This document shows, piece after piece, positions 23,925-37,330 of a stretch of DNA of 64,000 nucleotides. Source of the stretch: Octopus bimaculoides (taxonomy: Eukaryota); contig NC_068984.1 of NCBI RefSeq assembly GCF_001194135.2, forward strand, positions 24,325,671 through 24,389,670, written 5' to 3'. The translations under genes and the position numbers were made by a program. Below the pieces are notes generated by a model. It saw only the letters and a list, made by a program, of their open reading frames with translations. It ran no database searches and had not been told where the DNA came from. How positions within the stretch are numbered: position 1 is the first letter of the stretch; each line of letters opens with the position of its first letter.

Positions 23925-24288
23925 GACATAGGAGTGGCTGTGTGGTAAGTAGCTTGCTTACCAACCACATGGTTCCGGGTTCATTCCCACTGCATGGCAT
24001 CTTGGGCAAGTGTCATCTACAATAGCCTCAGGCCGACCAAAGCCTTGTGAGTGAATTTAGTAGACGGAAACTGAAAGAAGCCCGTCGTATATATGTATAT
24101 ATATATATATATGCATGTGTGTGTGTGTTTGTGTGTCTGTGATTATCCCCCCAACATCGCTTGACAACCGATGCTGGTGTGTTTACGTCCCCGTAACTTA
24201 GTGGTTCGGCAAAAGAGACTGATAGAATAAGTACTAGGCTTCCAAAGAATAAGTCCTGGGGTCGATTTTCTCGACTAAAGGCGGTGCT
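23925..24288 (+). mobile_element. CORE-like tRNA SINE (OR2-like), young, 3'-truncated
   Basis: A box 'tggctgtgtggtaag', B box 'ggttcattccc', CORE-like 'cttgggcaagtgtcatctac', internal (TA)/(GT) microsatellite, body 'gtgtttacgtccccgtaacttagtggttcggc'. Confidence 0.92.
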
Positions 24289-24419
24289 AAAGGCCTCAGC
24301 ATATTCTCTCCACCAAGCAAACATACTAGTTTGATGAGCTTCCTCTGTCAGACTGGCTCAACATGACTTGGTAGAGGGGTGCAGTTTTTATACCCTTACC
24401 AAAGAGTAGTTAAGTCGTA

Positions 24420-24580
24420 TACACCAACCCCAGTACTCAACTGGTACTTATTTTATCGACCTTGAAAGAATGAAAGGCAAAGTCGACCTCAGTGAAATTT
24501 GAACTCAGAAAGTTAGGACAGACGAAATATTGCTAAGCATGTCACCCAGTTTAAATGATTCTGCCAGCTCACCACCATAA
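24420..24580 (-). mobile_element. tRNA SINE (Meta-like core family)
   Basis: 'ccccagtactcaactggtacttattttatcgaccttgaaagaatgaaaggcaaagtcgacctcagtgaaatttgaactcagaa'. Confidence 0.8.
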
Positions 24581-24703
24581 GCTTTAAAATGCACCAAAAA
24601 CTTCATTTACTTGATTATGTGTTGTTGAAATTTCGGTGCATTTAATATGCCTATGCATCTTTTATGCCAGCAAATACAGTAATTAAAAAAATCATGCTCT
24701 TTA

Positions 24704-24704
<1 letters not shown>

Positions 24705-24737
<33 letters not shown>

Positions 24738-24829
24738 CATTATTATTATCATTATTATTATTATTATCATTATTATTATCATTATTATTATCATTATTAT
24801 TATTATTATTATCATCATTATTATTATTA
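24705..24829. repeat. (ATT)n microsatellite with ATC interruptions
   Basis: About 125 bp of ATT/ATC triplets read directly from the sequence. Confidence 0.95.
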
Positions 24830-25782
24830 TGTAGGTAGTGTAGTTATAGAGTAAATAAAATAATGAAGTAGTCCTCAATTCTTGGCAATATGTCCTACTG
24901 CAGGCACCGCATTGTTTCTTTGGACAAAACATATCAGCTGAGTTGCTTTGCAACAGGTTCTGTATCATCATTATCACCATTCTGTTATTGTTGTTGTTGT
25001 TTGTTGTAGTAAATGTTGTTCTAGTGTAATGTGATAATATGGAAATATGCCAAAGAGTTGGGGTGGGCAAAGTCACAATGTAGTAGTTTGATTCACCTTT
25101 CAAACCAGTGCATTTTACTTAGTCTTGTTATAACTTTTGGAAAAGTATGACAATGATTTTTTCTTCTAAATATCTTACAACTATATTTTAAAAACAAAAT
25201 GCCACTGTCTTCAGTCAAACTGAATCCTATATTTATTTATTTATATATTTTCTTTATCATGGAACACCAGAACTTCTTTTTTTAATGTCAAGAAGAAACT
25301 TTATCCACAACACTTACAGGCTCTCAGTGGATAGTAAGATCAATGTGTACTCAATAAGAAGCTTGAACAGTTGCACTCTATTCCACAAGACAGCCTAACT
25401 TCATGTAATGAACTTCCAATTTTAAGATGAGACATCCATTATTTAAAACCTACATTTCAGAACGGTACAGCCTGCAATAGCAATACAATGGCCACTGAAT
25501 TATATATTAAATGGTTATCTCATAAGTTACCTCCTCATCCAAGCTGAGCTAAAATCCTGCCTGAGTTGGCTTAGTTATTTATGTATCCATGGGTAATAAA
25601 ACTAAATATTAGACAAGCATGGTTGTGAGGTTAAGAAGTTAACTTCTTGATTATGTGGTTCCGGGTATAAAATGCTTGCACAATAACTTGAGAAATGTTT
25701 CCTATCACAGCCATGATTTTGACCAATGCCTTGTGAATGGAATTTGGTAGATGTAATCAGTGTGAAAGCTTGTTATGTGTGA

Positions 25783-25824
<42 letters not shown>

Positions 25825-25855
25825 ATGGATGGATGTACATACACACACACATACA

Positions 25856-25886
<31 letters not shown>

Positions 25887-25919
25887 GTATAACTTTCACT
25901 GATGTGCAATGGATAGAGA

Positions 25920-26155
25920 TCCTTACCAAGTTGTACAGACTCATAGGACAGGTTTCCGAGATTCTGTGGTGTATATATTCCCTCTGGATGGGACACCAGT
26001 CCATTGTAGGAATACTCCTTTTTGCCAACTGAGTGGACTGGACCAACAAGAAATGAAATGTTTTGCTTAAGAATACAATGCATCACCTGGCCCAGAAATT
26101 GAAACTACAATCTTATGATCATGAATTCCAACACCCTAACCACTAAACCATGTGC
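25920..26155 (-). mobile_element. tRNA SINE with CORE-like and V-like segments
   Basis: 'ggatgggacaccagtccattgtagg...ttttgccaactgagtggactgg...cttaagaatacaatgc...ccaacaccctaaccactaaaccatgtgc'. Confidence 0.75.
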
Positions 26156-27004
26156 TCCAATGTCATTGGCAAAGGAAGCATAAATATTGCCACAAGAAAA
26201 CTGAAAAACCAGGGGTCTTTCAATAAAATTCTCAGCAAATTAGCGGTATTTTGTCTGTCTTTACATTAAGACTACAGCAACATGAAAAGAAGTGCTTTGC
26301 TCAAGAAAACAGTACCTTGCTCAGTCCAAGAATTGAAACCACTATTTTATGACCACATGTCCAATATTCTATCCACTAAACCACTCACACTCACAAGAGT
26401 AGCAAACAAAATATTTTACAGTGTTGCATTATGCCCTTTTATGTTGTGAATTCTAATTCTGCCAAAGTTGACTTTACCTTTCATCTTTTACAGATATTTT
26501 AGTCTTCTGTTATAATTCCATTCCCAGCTTGAGTGTATTATATGAATATTATATTGGATTCAATACTTGACTGCTACTTTGTTTTATTAAGCATCAAAAC
26601 GATGATGGGTAAAGTTGGCATTACTAGGATTTGGACACACAAAGTAAAGCATCATAACTAAATACCCTACATTTTGTCTGACATTCTAATGATTCTACTA
26701 ACCCATCGTTGTGTTAATAACATATATACCAATGAAGAACTTATGTATTTGACTATACCCTTACATAACTAATCCTTATTTTTTTAATAGGCTTTCTTGA
26801 GTCGTAGGACTCATAAGGTCAGTTACCTGGTTTCCACAACATGTAAGCAATTGAAATCACTTAACAGTGATGCCAGTCCATTGCAGGACTCAAGGCTAGC
26901 TATTTTAAGAGCAAGGGATTATAGTTGATTATATAAACCCCAGTACTTGACTGGTACTTTATTTTATCAACCCCGAAGAGATGAAAATGTGGAGGTGTGT
27001 AGCA

Positions 27005-27230
27005 AGGTGGTAAGGGTGTTGGACTCATGATCGTAAGATTGTGGCTTTCATTCCTGGACCAGGTAACACGTTGTGTTCTTGAGCAAAACACTTCATTTCA
27101 TGTTTCTCCAGTCTACTCAGCTGGCAAAAATGAGTAATCCTGCAATGGACTGGTGTCCCCTCCAAGTGGGGAATTTATATGCCATGGAAACCAGGAAACA
27201 AGCCCTTATGAGTTGGCATGACTTGAAAAG
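27005..27230 (+). mobile_element. tRNA SINE with CORE-like and V-like segments
   Basis: 'ggtaagggtgttggactcatgatcgtaagattgtggctttcattcctggacc...gttgtgttcttgagcaaaacac...cctgcaatggactggtgtcccctcc'. Confidence 0.8.
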
Positions 27231-27856
27231 GCAAGAAAAAAAAAAAAACACAAAAAGAGATGAAAGGGCAAGTCGACCTTGGTAGGATTTGAACTCAGAA
27301 TGCTAAGAGCCAGAAGAATGCTCACTGCTTATATAAGTGATTATAACCTCCTATTTAATGTGCGGTCTTATGCCAATGTTAGAAATCTTTATTATAGCTA
27401 CAACAAAAAAAAATACCAAACTGAATATTTTATAATAACCAAAAGTACAGTGTCTCATTTTCTGAGGTTCAAATACTCCCAGAATCAGTTTTGTACTTTC
27501 TTTGTACTTGGTAAAAATCGGTAGCAGTGAAATGCTAAAATAAACTTAATTTGTGCGAATCACTATGTAGTAACAAAATCTACTTTAACAAACACCTACC
27601 ATCTTATAAAAGAAAAATACATTAGATAATGTAGACCAAGACAGATATGTCTGGATAAAAATGAGATTATTACAAGTAAAATCTCTTTGGTCATAGGTCT
27701 GCAGCATGACAAAGATGTAATAACAAGGACATCTTAGTGATGAGGTTGTGAATATGACAAACGGACTCTAACAAACCAACTGCTTGATTGATTGATGAAA
27801 TGATTGTTCAAGAAATTGGTTAGTTAATTGGTTAATTAGTTAACTAGTTGGCTAAC

Positions 27857-27889
<33 letters not shown>

Positions 27890-28068
27890 TCAAAAATAAA
27901 ATACAGTCAGTGCATGTGCTTTTCTTGTCAAAAAAGATCCTCCCAGGACACAACAGAATGGCATACATATTATACATATATATATGTCACAGAACCTCCC
28001 CAAACTAGAAACTATTAAGTACCATTCTAGCATAATGAGATTACCAATGAAGACAATCATACAATATC

Positions 28069-28112
<44 letters not shown>

Positions 28113-28131
28113 TAAGTATCTATAGTTTTAT

Positions 28132-28163
<32 letters not shown>

Positions 28164-28394
28164 NNNNNNNNNNNNNNNNNNNNNNNNNNNNNNNNNNNNN
28201 NNTTTTATATATGTTTTATGGTGTGTGTGTATATATATATATATATATACACACTTTTTCAATTCCCGAGTGTTATACTAACGCATCTGCTTGTTTCCTA
28301 CACCACCTGTCTTCATCTGTTGTTTTTTTGTGAATTCTCCCTATATATATATATATAAACCTATAGATATAAATATATATGGTTTTATGATGTA

Positions 28395-28435
<41 letters not shown>

Positions 28436-28570
28436 GAAACTCAGAAATCAAAATTCTCCCTTTCATTTCCTAATCCAGAAAATGTCTCATAATCCATAAT
28501 TGCTTGTTGGATCATGAATCAAGCGACTTAAAATTGAATCAAAGAGGGTGTGATATAGCTTGGTTACACC

Positions 28571-28622
<52 letters not shown>

Positions 28623-30963
28623 CACTACTCTACATCATTTACACCCCTATTCATGAATCATGGCTGAAAATGGAAACAGTTAAAATATCTTTTTTTGTAG
28701 TTTTTTTAAAAATCTTCTGTAGTCAGCAGTTATGTTTCTTAAAACAGTATAGACTTCATTTCTTTCCAAACTGTATTTTATCATTTGAGACAGTTGTCAC
28801 TACTCAGTTGTACATCTTCATTTTCTAGTAGTATTAAATAAAAATCTCTTTTACTCATCAAAAGACCAAAATACAGTTAAAAGAATACATGCCTAGAGTG
28901 GAACTAATGGATATTGTTGCATGGAATGTGATAAGAACAAATCCCAAACCTAGTCTTCCATGAGATGTTGATGCTAATAATGGTTTCTAATATAGGCATA
29001 GAACCTTAAATTTTGGCAGAGGTGGTAACTGATTAAGATCAACCCCAGTATTCATTTTATCAACTCTGTAAGGATATCAGGCAAGGTTTGAATCCAGAAC
29101 ATACATAGTCACAGTAATACACTGTAAGGTGTATTTGGTCCAACACACTACCAGTTCTGCCAATCTGTGACTGTCCTAATAATTATTCTAAGCTATGATA
29201 GACTGGTTTAGGTTACAGTAATTTTAAATGGTTATGTAACGTTTTTTCTACAAATATCACTTGGGACTCTTAAAACTGGGTTTTCTTTTTTCTTTTTGCT
29301 ATTTTTAAATCCTAGGACACATAAGGCCGATATAGGTTTCCATGGTGTATAAGTGACCAAAGGCCAGCAATTCTGAGGATAAGGGACAAGTTGATTACAT
29401 CAACATGAGTACTTAACTGGTAATTTATTTTATCAACCCTGAAGAGAAGAAAGGCAAAGTTGATCTCAGTAGTATTTGAACTCAGAACATAAAGAATCAG
29501 GAGAAATATCGCATTTTGTCCAGCTTGCCACCTTCATAAAAACTCACAGACCAAATAAATTCAATCACCTTTTGAATACAATAAATAAAAAAAAAACCCT
29601 CTATTTATGTTTTATCCTCTAAAGATTATCAAATATTTCAGATATCAATTTGAAAGTGAGATAAGAATTAAAATAAACATAACAGAATTTGAAGTCTGAA
29701 GAATTGAAAATTAACCTTTCCAGATCTTCGAATATAAGCTGAGTATATATATTTAACAAAAAAAAAAAAGAAAAATTATAATAACAATAATGATAAGGGA
29801 TGATAAGCTCAAATGCTATTATCACTTGCCTACAAGGAACCTCTTAAATTAGAAAACAGAGTGGAATTAAACACTAGACTTATACACAATACACAACTGT
29901 ATTGAATGGAAAAGAACCAATTCTTATCAGTTCTTCAAAGTTAAACATTGTTCTGACTACTTTGATGAATGCTGATTGGACAATTCTTCAAAACTTCAAT
30001 GTTCCCATATGTAAAGATAGTCTCTGTGATAAAGAAACAAGCATCTCATTCTCTCATTTTAGAAATATCCAGGCATATTAGAACAAATTTTGACATACTG
30101 ACCAAGGGATATGGTCACATTTTTTCCTAAATTAAGAATTGATTAGAATGACAATTATAATTTTTATAAAGTGGTTATTTTTCATGTACTTCTGCTTTAG
30201 ATAGATAAGCTAAACAGAAACAAAAGTCACCAACAGCTTTCTAATAGCAACATAAATTCAAAAACTAAAACCATAAATTTACTGTTTTTCATCATTCTAC
30301 AACAATCTTTTTTTTAAAAGAAATATTATGATCAAAGACCAAGCATACTATGCAAAGAGATTTAACATAAGTTTACATACATAAATACATATACATATAC
30401 ACACACACATATATATATATGTATACACACACATTAACATACACACATGCATATATGTATATATATATATGTAAATTTTACCTGCGAGATCTGGGCCCGG
30501 TGCTGTGTAATGACCCCAGTTTGAAAGTTTAAATTTTAACCTTTTCCAGAATATATAAGGCTCAAACAGAACTACTGAAGAAATGCTGTTGCTGATCTCT
30601 TTACTGTTTCCACCTTCTCTTCGTCCAAGAACACCTGCTTTTTGATTAAATCCGTTGTCCATTTATAATGGAATGAGCTCCAAAGTTTTGTGCATGTGTA
30701 TATCTTCATACAAACATGCAACTAGGTTAAAAGTGCGACTATTATATGCCCATGTACATATGCAGCTGTGTGTGTATTTGTGTTTATAAGTATGTGCTTG
30801 CTGAGTGTGTAGTATTGATTGTGTGCCTGCTCATATGCATATATAAGATCGACTCTATGTGTAGAAGTATATTTTGTGTACTAGCACAGATAATCCTAGA
30901 ACCAAACAAAATCATAGACATACATACATATATATATATGAATATATGTGTATATAGATATTT

Positions 30964-31006
<43 letters not shown>

Positions 31007-31024
31007 AATATATATATATATATT

Positions 31025-31055
<31 letters not shown>

Positions 31056-32169
31056 ACACATATGTAGATATGTACACACACACGTACCTATGTATTCATG
31101 TATATTTAGAACTGTTCTTATCACTTTTCACAACTTATACAAAGAAGTACTTCTAACAAAAAGGAAGAAATAACAAAGAAAAAGAACAAACAATATCAAA
31201 ACTACTTGTCAATTCTGGCAAGAATGGTGAAAAACCATGGAAAACTTCTATTTTATTCTTGTTCTCATTTTTGTTATCATTGTCTTTGTAGCTTGCAGTC
31301 TGCACTCACTTTTTTAAACACATCAAGAAACCACAGTGCTTATTATTATGGATTTATAAGCAGAGGGCAGATTGTTTTTTCCTTTTTTTTTTAAGCTTTT
31401 TTTTTTGTTTGTTTGTCAATCTCTTTGTTTATGAATGTTACATTAATGATCAGCGTCTTTGTTTACGAGTGTTACAATAATGAAACGAAAGTGCGTAAAT
31501 AGAATAAAATAAAATATACATGAAATGAAAAATAAAAAAACACAGTTAATAAATAGTTGCTTTAAATAGTAAGGATAGTTATCGGTAAGTTGCTATAAAT
31601 AGTAAATAAATATAGTTATTGCTACTTAGTAGGATAGTTAATATGTTTTTGTCTTGTCTCTCGTTTCTTTTTTCTTCTCTTTTCGCAAAGCTATATATCA
31701 TTGTTATTGTTATTTTTTCTTTTATGTTGTCGACGCTATAGTTATTCTTGTTGTTATATTAATGAAAGTTTCAAATTTTGGGCAGTTGATTTCTTTCTTT
31801 CTTTCTTTCTTTCTTTCTTGCATTTTTTCCCTTCGTAAAAGAAGAAGAAAAAGAAAAGGTAGCAGAAGAATAAAAATAATGATAATAACAATAATAATTG
31901 TGATGATGATAATAATAATAATAATAATGGTAATAATTATAATTATAATTATAATAAATAGTAGTGTCCAGTAATTATAGAGCCGGAGTTATTTGACAGA
32001 AGATACATATGCAAGTGATGGGGAAATAGATGAAGAACAGTTTTAAAGGACAAAATACTCCTCAGGCAATATTCCAAGCAGGCGCTGACAGAAAAAAGTG
32101 GTAACGGCAGCAGATAGTGCAGTGGCAACATCAGTAGCCGTGGTCTCCTGCAAGTGTCAGGGATTGATG

Positions 32170-33060
32170 ATGCAAAGTGGTGGTGGTGGTCGTCGTTGTC
32201 GTGGTGGGACAAGGGACATTAGTGGTGGTGGTGGTGGTGGTGGTGGTGGTGGTGGTAGTGGTAATGGTGGTGTTAGTGGTTATGGTAATACCAATGTTGG
32301 TATTGGTGGCGTCTCAATATTTAATGCTGATAATGGTGATGGATTTTGTTGTTGTTGTTGAAGTCCATGTCAACAATGCTGGTGGAATAGACTTATGATC
32401 AAAGACATTCCAACAGTGGCCATCCCGTTTTGTGTTTGGTCCAAACAGTGTAACTAGGACTAATTTTTTCAAAGTGTCCTTCCTTTCTTAAAATGGTAGT
32501 ATGTGATGCATGAGATATTTGGCTGCTATTTCTAACAAGCTAAATGATCCCTGGTGTGGCGGGGGGTGGGGTGGATGATGTTAGTGGTTGTGGCAAAGTT
32601 AGTGGTGGTAGTGATGATGGATGTGGTGGTAGTTGTTGTAGTGGTGTCTCAATAGTTAAGGCTGATGGTGGTGGTGGTGGTGGTGGTGGTGGTGATGGTG
32701 GTGTTGATGGTTGTGGAGTAGTTAGTTGGATGTGATGTTGACTACAAGGGTTGATGGTGGGGGAGTGAATGTAATAGCGGTGATGTTGGTGCTGGAAGTG
32801 ATAGTGGTCGTAATGCTAGAGATGATGAAGGTACAGCAGCAGAGCAGGTGGTGTAGGTAGTGGTAGCAGTGGCGATGATGGTGGTGGTGGCAGCAGCAAT
32901 GGTGGTGGTGGTGGTGGCGACGGTGGTGATGTAAAGACAAAGACAGAGTTGAAGCTTAGTATTCAATGTACTCGCAGCAGCAACAACTGAAGCAGTAGCA
33001 CTCACAGAAGACGTGGTTGGTTGTGGTACTAGTGGTGACTAGAGCGGCAGGAGTGGATGA
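32170..33060. repeat. Two cryptic (GGT/GAT/GTT)n low-complexity tracts (32170-32360, 32560-33060)
   Basis: Degenerate NNT triplet arrays; the reading frames I checked on both strands hit stops within short distances. An old ~150-bp repeat separates them at 32395-32545. Confidence 0.85.
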
Positions 33061-33209
33061 AACAGAGGTGATATCCAAAGGCTGGCACTAACCAAGGAAG
33101 AGAAATATTACTAGGGCAATACACAAAACTATTACACCATTAGACACAACTGTAGCATCAGTATCATTTCAACAGGAATCTGTCAAAGAGAGCTAATAGT
33201 ATATGTATG

Positions 33210-33285
<76 letters not shown>

Positions 33286-34151
33286 CATATACATATGCAC
33301 GCACACACACACATGTATATACACGTAAGCACATGCACATAAACACAAAGCTATAAGCATACAGATATTTTTTTCGCATATGAATATTGATAGATATCAA
33401 TAGATAGTTTATATATACATGTAGCTACATAGATAAATATATAACCTAGACCAAGATATATGTCAAATAGATAGTTGCCTGCTTAAAAGAAAGCTCTGGA
33501 CCAAATTAGCATATTGCCAAAATGTAGTCAGATGTAAAAGGTGTCAAAACGAAGAAGGGAGAAACACACACACGCACACACACACACACACACACACTTA
33601 CAGAGAACAGCTCACAGAATATGATGACAAACACTAAAAGTGATGAGAGAGATCAGTAAGCTACTTTAATATAAATAGCTTTTCTGCTTGCACAATGTAA
33701 AGAACAATGCGACATACAAAAAGACTCAGTAAGTATGTATATATTGCTATTAAACCATGAATAAAACTCTGTAGTCAGTGCCAGTACAATCAGAATTTCA
33801 AATGACAACTTTATAGATATCTGGCTCTGCTCTGACAGAGGTCAGTACCTCTCTACCAAAATAACTTGATTAATTAACACGCAGGTGATGAACTGTTGGC
33901 TAACTCACGCTGTAAAGAAATTTTTGGTGCCAATCATATCACATAGCAGTCTGTAGCACAGATATTTCCCATTCAGCACAAGCCTTCTGATGGCACTCTA
34001 TCATTTGTAAAGGGCCTATCAAGTCTGTAATAGTGTATATTAGTGATAAATGTTAAATTAAGAATATACATATCTGTGTGTACATGTGTGTGAGTATGCA
34101 TGTGTGTGTATTTTTTTATGTATATATGTATACAATGGGTTTTATATATAT

Positions 34152-34263
34152 CATCATCATCATCATCATCATCGTTTAACGTCCGCTTTCCATGCTAGCA
34201 TGGGTTGGACGATTTGACTGAGGACTGGTGAAACCGGATGGCAACACCAGGCTCCAGTCTGAT
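34152..34263 (-). mobile_element. Young RTE-type tail, ending near an N-gap
   Basis: (CAT)n-cgtttaacgtccgctttccatgctagcatggg...caggctccagtctga. Confidence 0.9.
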
Positions 34264-34519
34264 TATATATATNNNNNNNNNNNNNNNNNNNNNNNNNNNN
34301 NNNNNNNNNNNNNNNNNNNNNNNNNNNNNNNNNNNNNNNNNNNNNNNNNNNNNNNNNNNNNNNNNNNNNNNNNNNNNNNNNNNNNNNNNNNNNNNNNNNN
34401 NNNNNNNNNNNNNNNNNNNNNNNNNNNNNNNNNNNNNNNNNNNNNNNNNNNNNNNNNNNNNNNNNNNNNNNNNNNNNNNNNNNNNNNNNNNNNNNNNNNN
34501 NNNNNNNNNNNNNNNNNNN

Positions 34520-34559
<40 letters not shown>

Positions 34560-36879
34560 ATGTATGTATATGGATGTATATGTATATACATATATATATA
34601 TATATGTGTATATATGCCTTATGCCTGCAGGTATGTTTGTAATATTTATTTATGGGTATATTGACTAAAAATGTGTTATTGAATGTACTACATCATTGCT
34701 TGCAAGTTTATACACAAAAACACACATACACATTTATTTCTATGAATTTATATATGCATTATATATGTATATATATATATATATATATATGTGGAAAAGA
34801 TCTGGTCTCATATACCTATAGGCTTGAGACAAACTTTTGTGTGTATGTATGTGTGTATCTGTCAGTAATCACATTTCAATAGAGGTGTTTATGAAGACAT
34901 ATCTAAACAAAGTAATGGCAACTTCATATAAAGTGTTTGTAATGAATGCTATAGAGATTTCACAGGTAAGAATATTTAAATAAGCCTTTTCTAATATCTC
35001 CTTTATGTATGTTTAAAATAGTTCTTCAGAAAGGTTGATTATATGCACATAAACTATGTTGGCACCCAGGACTGGAAAAAAGTGCACAAATGAGCTGGTT
35101 TTGATTACCAAAATATTTTGAAAGTAGTTGTTGAACTTTCAATATCCAAGACACTAAAATATACAATTAAAACCTCAGTGTATATGTGTGTGTGGTTTTT
35201 TTCCCTCTTATTTTTAAGATTGTAGCTGTAATGTTTGTAGTCATGTTGGTAGGCTCTTAAGCAATCTAATGGTGAAATTTCCAACATGATAATTATGTCT
35301 TGATATGAAATAGTTTCTTCTTAAAATTAAAAAATTGTTTTAAATCCTGAAAGATTCTCATAGAATTGCAATTCCTATATAAAACTTTACATATTCTATG
35401 AATGAATGAATCAGAAATCCAGGAATGAATTTCAGAACAAGTCAAGAATTTTTCTATAGGTCAGCATAAACATGAAGTGTATTTTTAAACATTATTAAAA
35501 TACTACCTAAACTTGTTAATAAAATAATATTAATTTCAGAAAGCGAATTGAAATTTTGGATGAGAATTAAGACAAGAAACAAATAGTTTTGCCTATTGTT
35601 CCAATTAGTAAAACATTCATGTCTTGAAATCAAAAGTGAGGTTGGGGATGGTAGAACAAAACTAACATGATTTCCAGTAAGACAATGGTATTTAGGAATT
35701 CTAGGAAGTGATACTACTTGAGCAACCAAGTTGAAAATTCTTAAGGCCAATAACAAGAAATAATTCCTAACAGGCAAAATAAATCAGCTGAGTTCTGTTT
35801 TCATCGGCAGGGATTACTTTCAGTAAGTAGGTTTATAATCAACTTCTTTGAGTATTTATTATTCTCCTAGCATTTTCATCTCAGGTAAACTGATTACCAA
35901 GCAGGTACTTATTGAAAAGAAACATAGGTTATGCAACTAATAACATAGGTGAATAATAAATGGTAACTCTAAGAAAAAAGAACTAAATTAGCCCATTTCC
36001 TAAAGTCCAAAGAAAAGACGGCAGGTAATTGAAAATGAAGTATTTTTTTAAATAAAAAAACAGAAAAGCATAAAACAGAAAATTGAGTAAATAGGTTAGG
36101 TTAAAACAAGCTGCAAAGTAATAATAATGAAATTAATAATATTAATATTATTATTATTAATAATAATATTTATCTGTCTCACTTTTAAAGACTTAGCTGT
36201 CGTTCACAAGTAAGTCACCAGGTTCAGAAATTTTCCCATACACAAGCGCACACACAGACACACGGATGCATACAAATAGTACAGCAGAAAACAAAAAACA
36301 TCTTCCTCATGGTGCAAATAGAAGCAGTAGCATGAGAAATTTATNNNNNNNNNNNNNTTTCAGTTTCTTCATGAATGAACATTTCTCAGCAATATCTCAG
36401 TCCAGTCATTTTACTACAGATTCTCAAGCACAAATGGGAAATGAGACAAAAACAAGAGAGTAATGTACAGAAACTAATCTAATACTTTCCTGATAGGTCT
36501 ATTAATGAAACACGCATTACCTTATTACGTATATATGTGTGTGTGCCTATATATATATAAATATATATATATATATGTGTGTAAGCATGTATTTACATAA
36601 GTGCGCAGCTGACAAATAAACAGATGTGTATATATAAACAAATGAAAGCATACATGAATGAATGATGTTTAATGGGAGTATTTCTGTGAATGTACACAAA
36701 TCGCTGTGTGAATATATCATTAGAGTAATTATATGAAGAATAAATTTGTGTGTGTGAGTCTGTGTGTACATAGAGAGAAGCTATACGCATGCATATGAGT
36801 ATGCGCGCACGCAAGCACACACACAAAACAACAACAATAACAATTGCATCTAGTATTTGTTAAACAAAGTTATATTTAA

Positions 36880-36919
36880 CTACACAGAATTTTTGAATAT
36901 ATATATAAAGATGATTCTC

Positions 36920-36951
<32 letters not shown>

Positions 36952-37033
36952 CAAACACACATATATATATACACACACATATACATACACACATATATTT
37001 ATAAATATATATATACACATACATATAATTCTA

Positions 37034-37073
<40 letters not shown>

Positions 37074-37096
37074 TACATACATATACACATATACAT

Positions 37097-37137
<41 letters not shown>

Positions 37138-37266
37138 CGTACATACATACACACATTTATACGTATACATGCATACACATATATACATATATATATACAT
37201 ATATATGTATGTATATATATATATATATATATATACATGCACATTTATATACGTATATAATTGTGG

Positions 37267-37310
<44 letters not shown>

Positions 37311-37330
37311 TATATATATATATATTCATC
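36880..37330. repeat. Compound (TA)n/(CA)n/(TACA)n microsatellite
   Basis: About 450 bp of alternating purine-pyrimidine repeats; the source of the YIYI/HTHT pseudo-ORFs. Confidence 0.95.

Noticed and set aside
31949-33005. Gly/Thr/Pro/His-rich ORFs on both strands, and the segment SRSYLTEDTYASDGEIDEEQF* (31981-32046)
   Set aside because: These are triplet low-complexity tracts with frequent stops, and the acceptor before 31981 has no pyrimidine tract.
35811-36209. Three plus-strand micro-exon candidates (35811-35822, 35871-35884, 36191-36209)
   Set aside because: The lengths are phase-incompatible for mutually exclusive use, the first two are only 48 nt apart, and such matches are expected by chance.
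36197-36463. Open frame LSFTSKSPGSE...SMRNL/gap/FSFFMNEHF...TRE*
   Set aside because: It spans an N-gap of uncertain length, and an open frame of this size is unremarkable in 64 kb.
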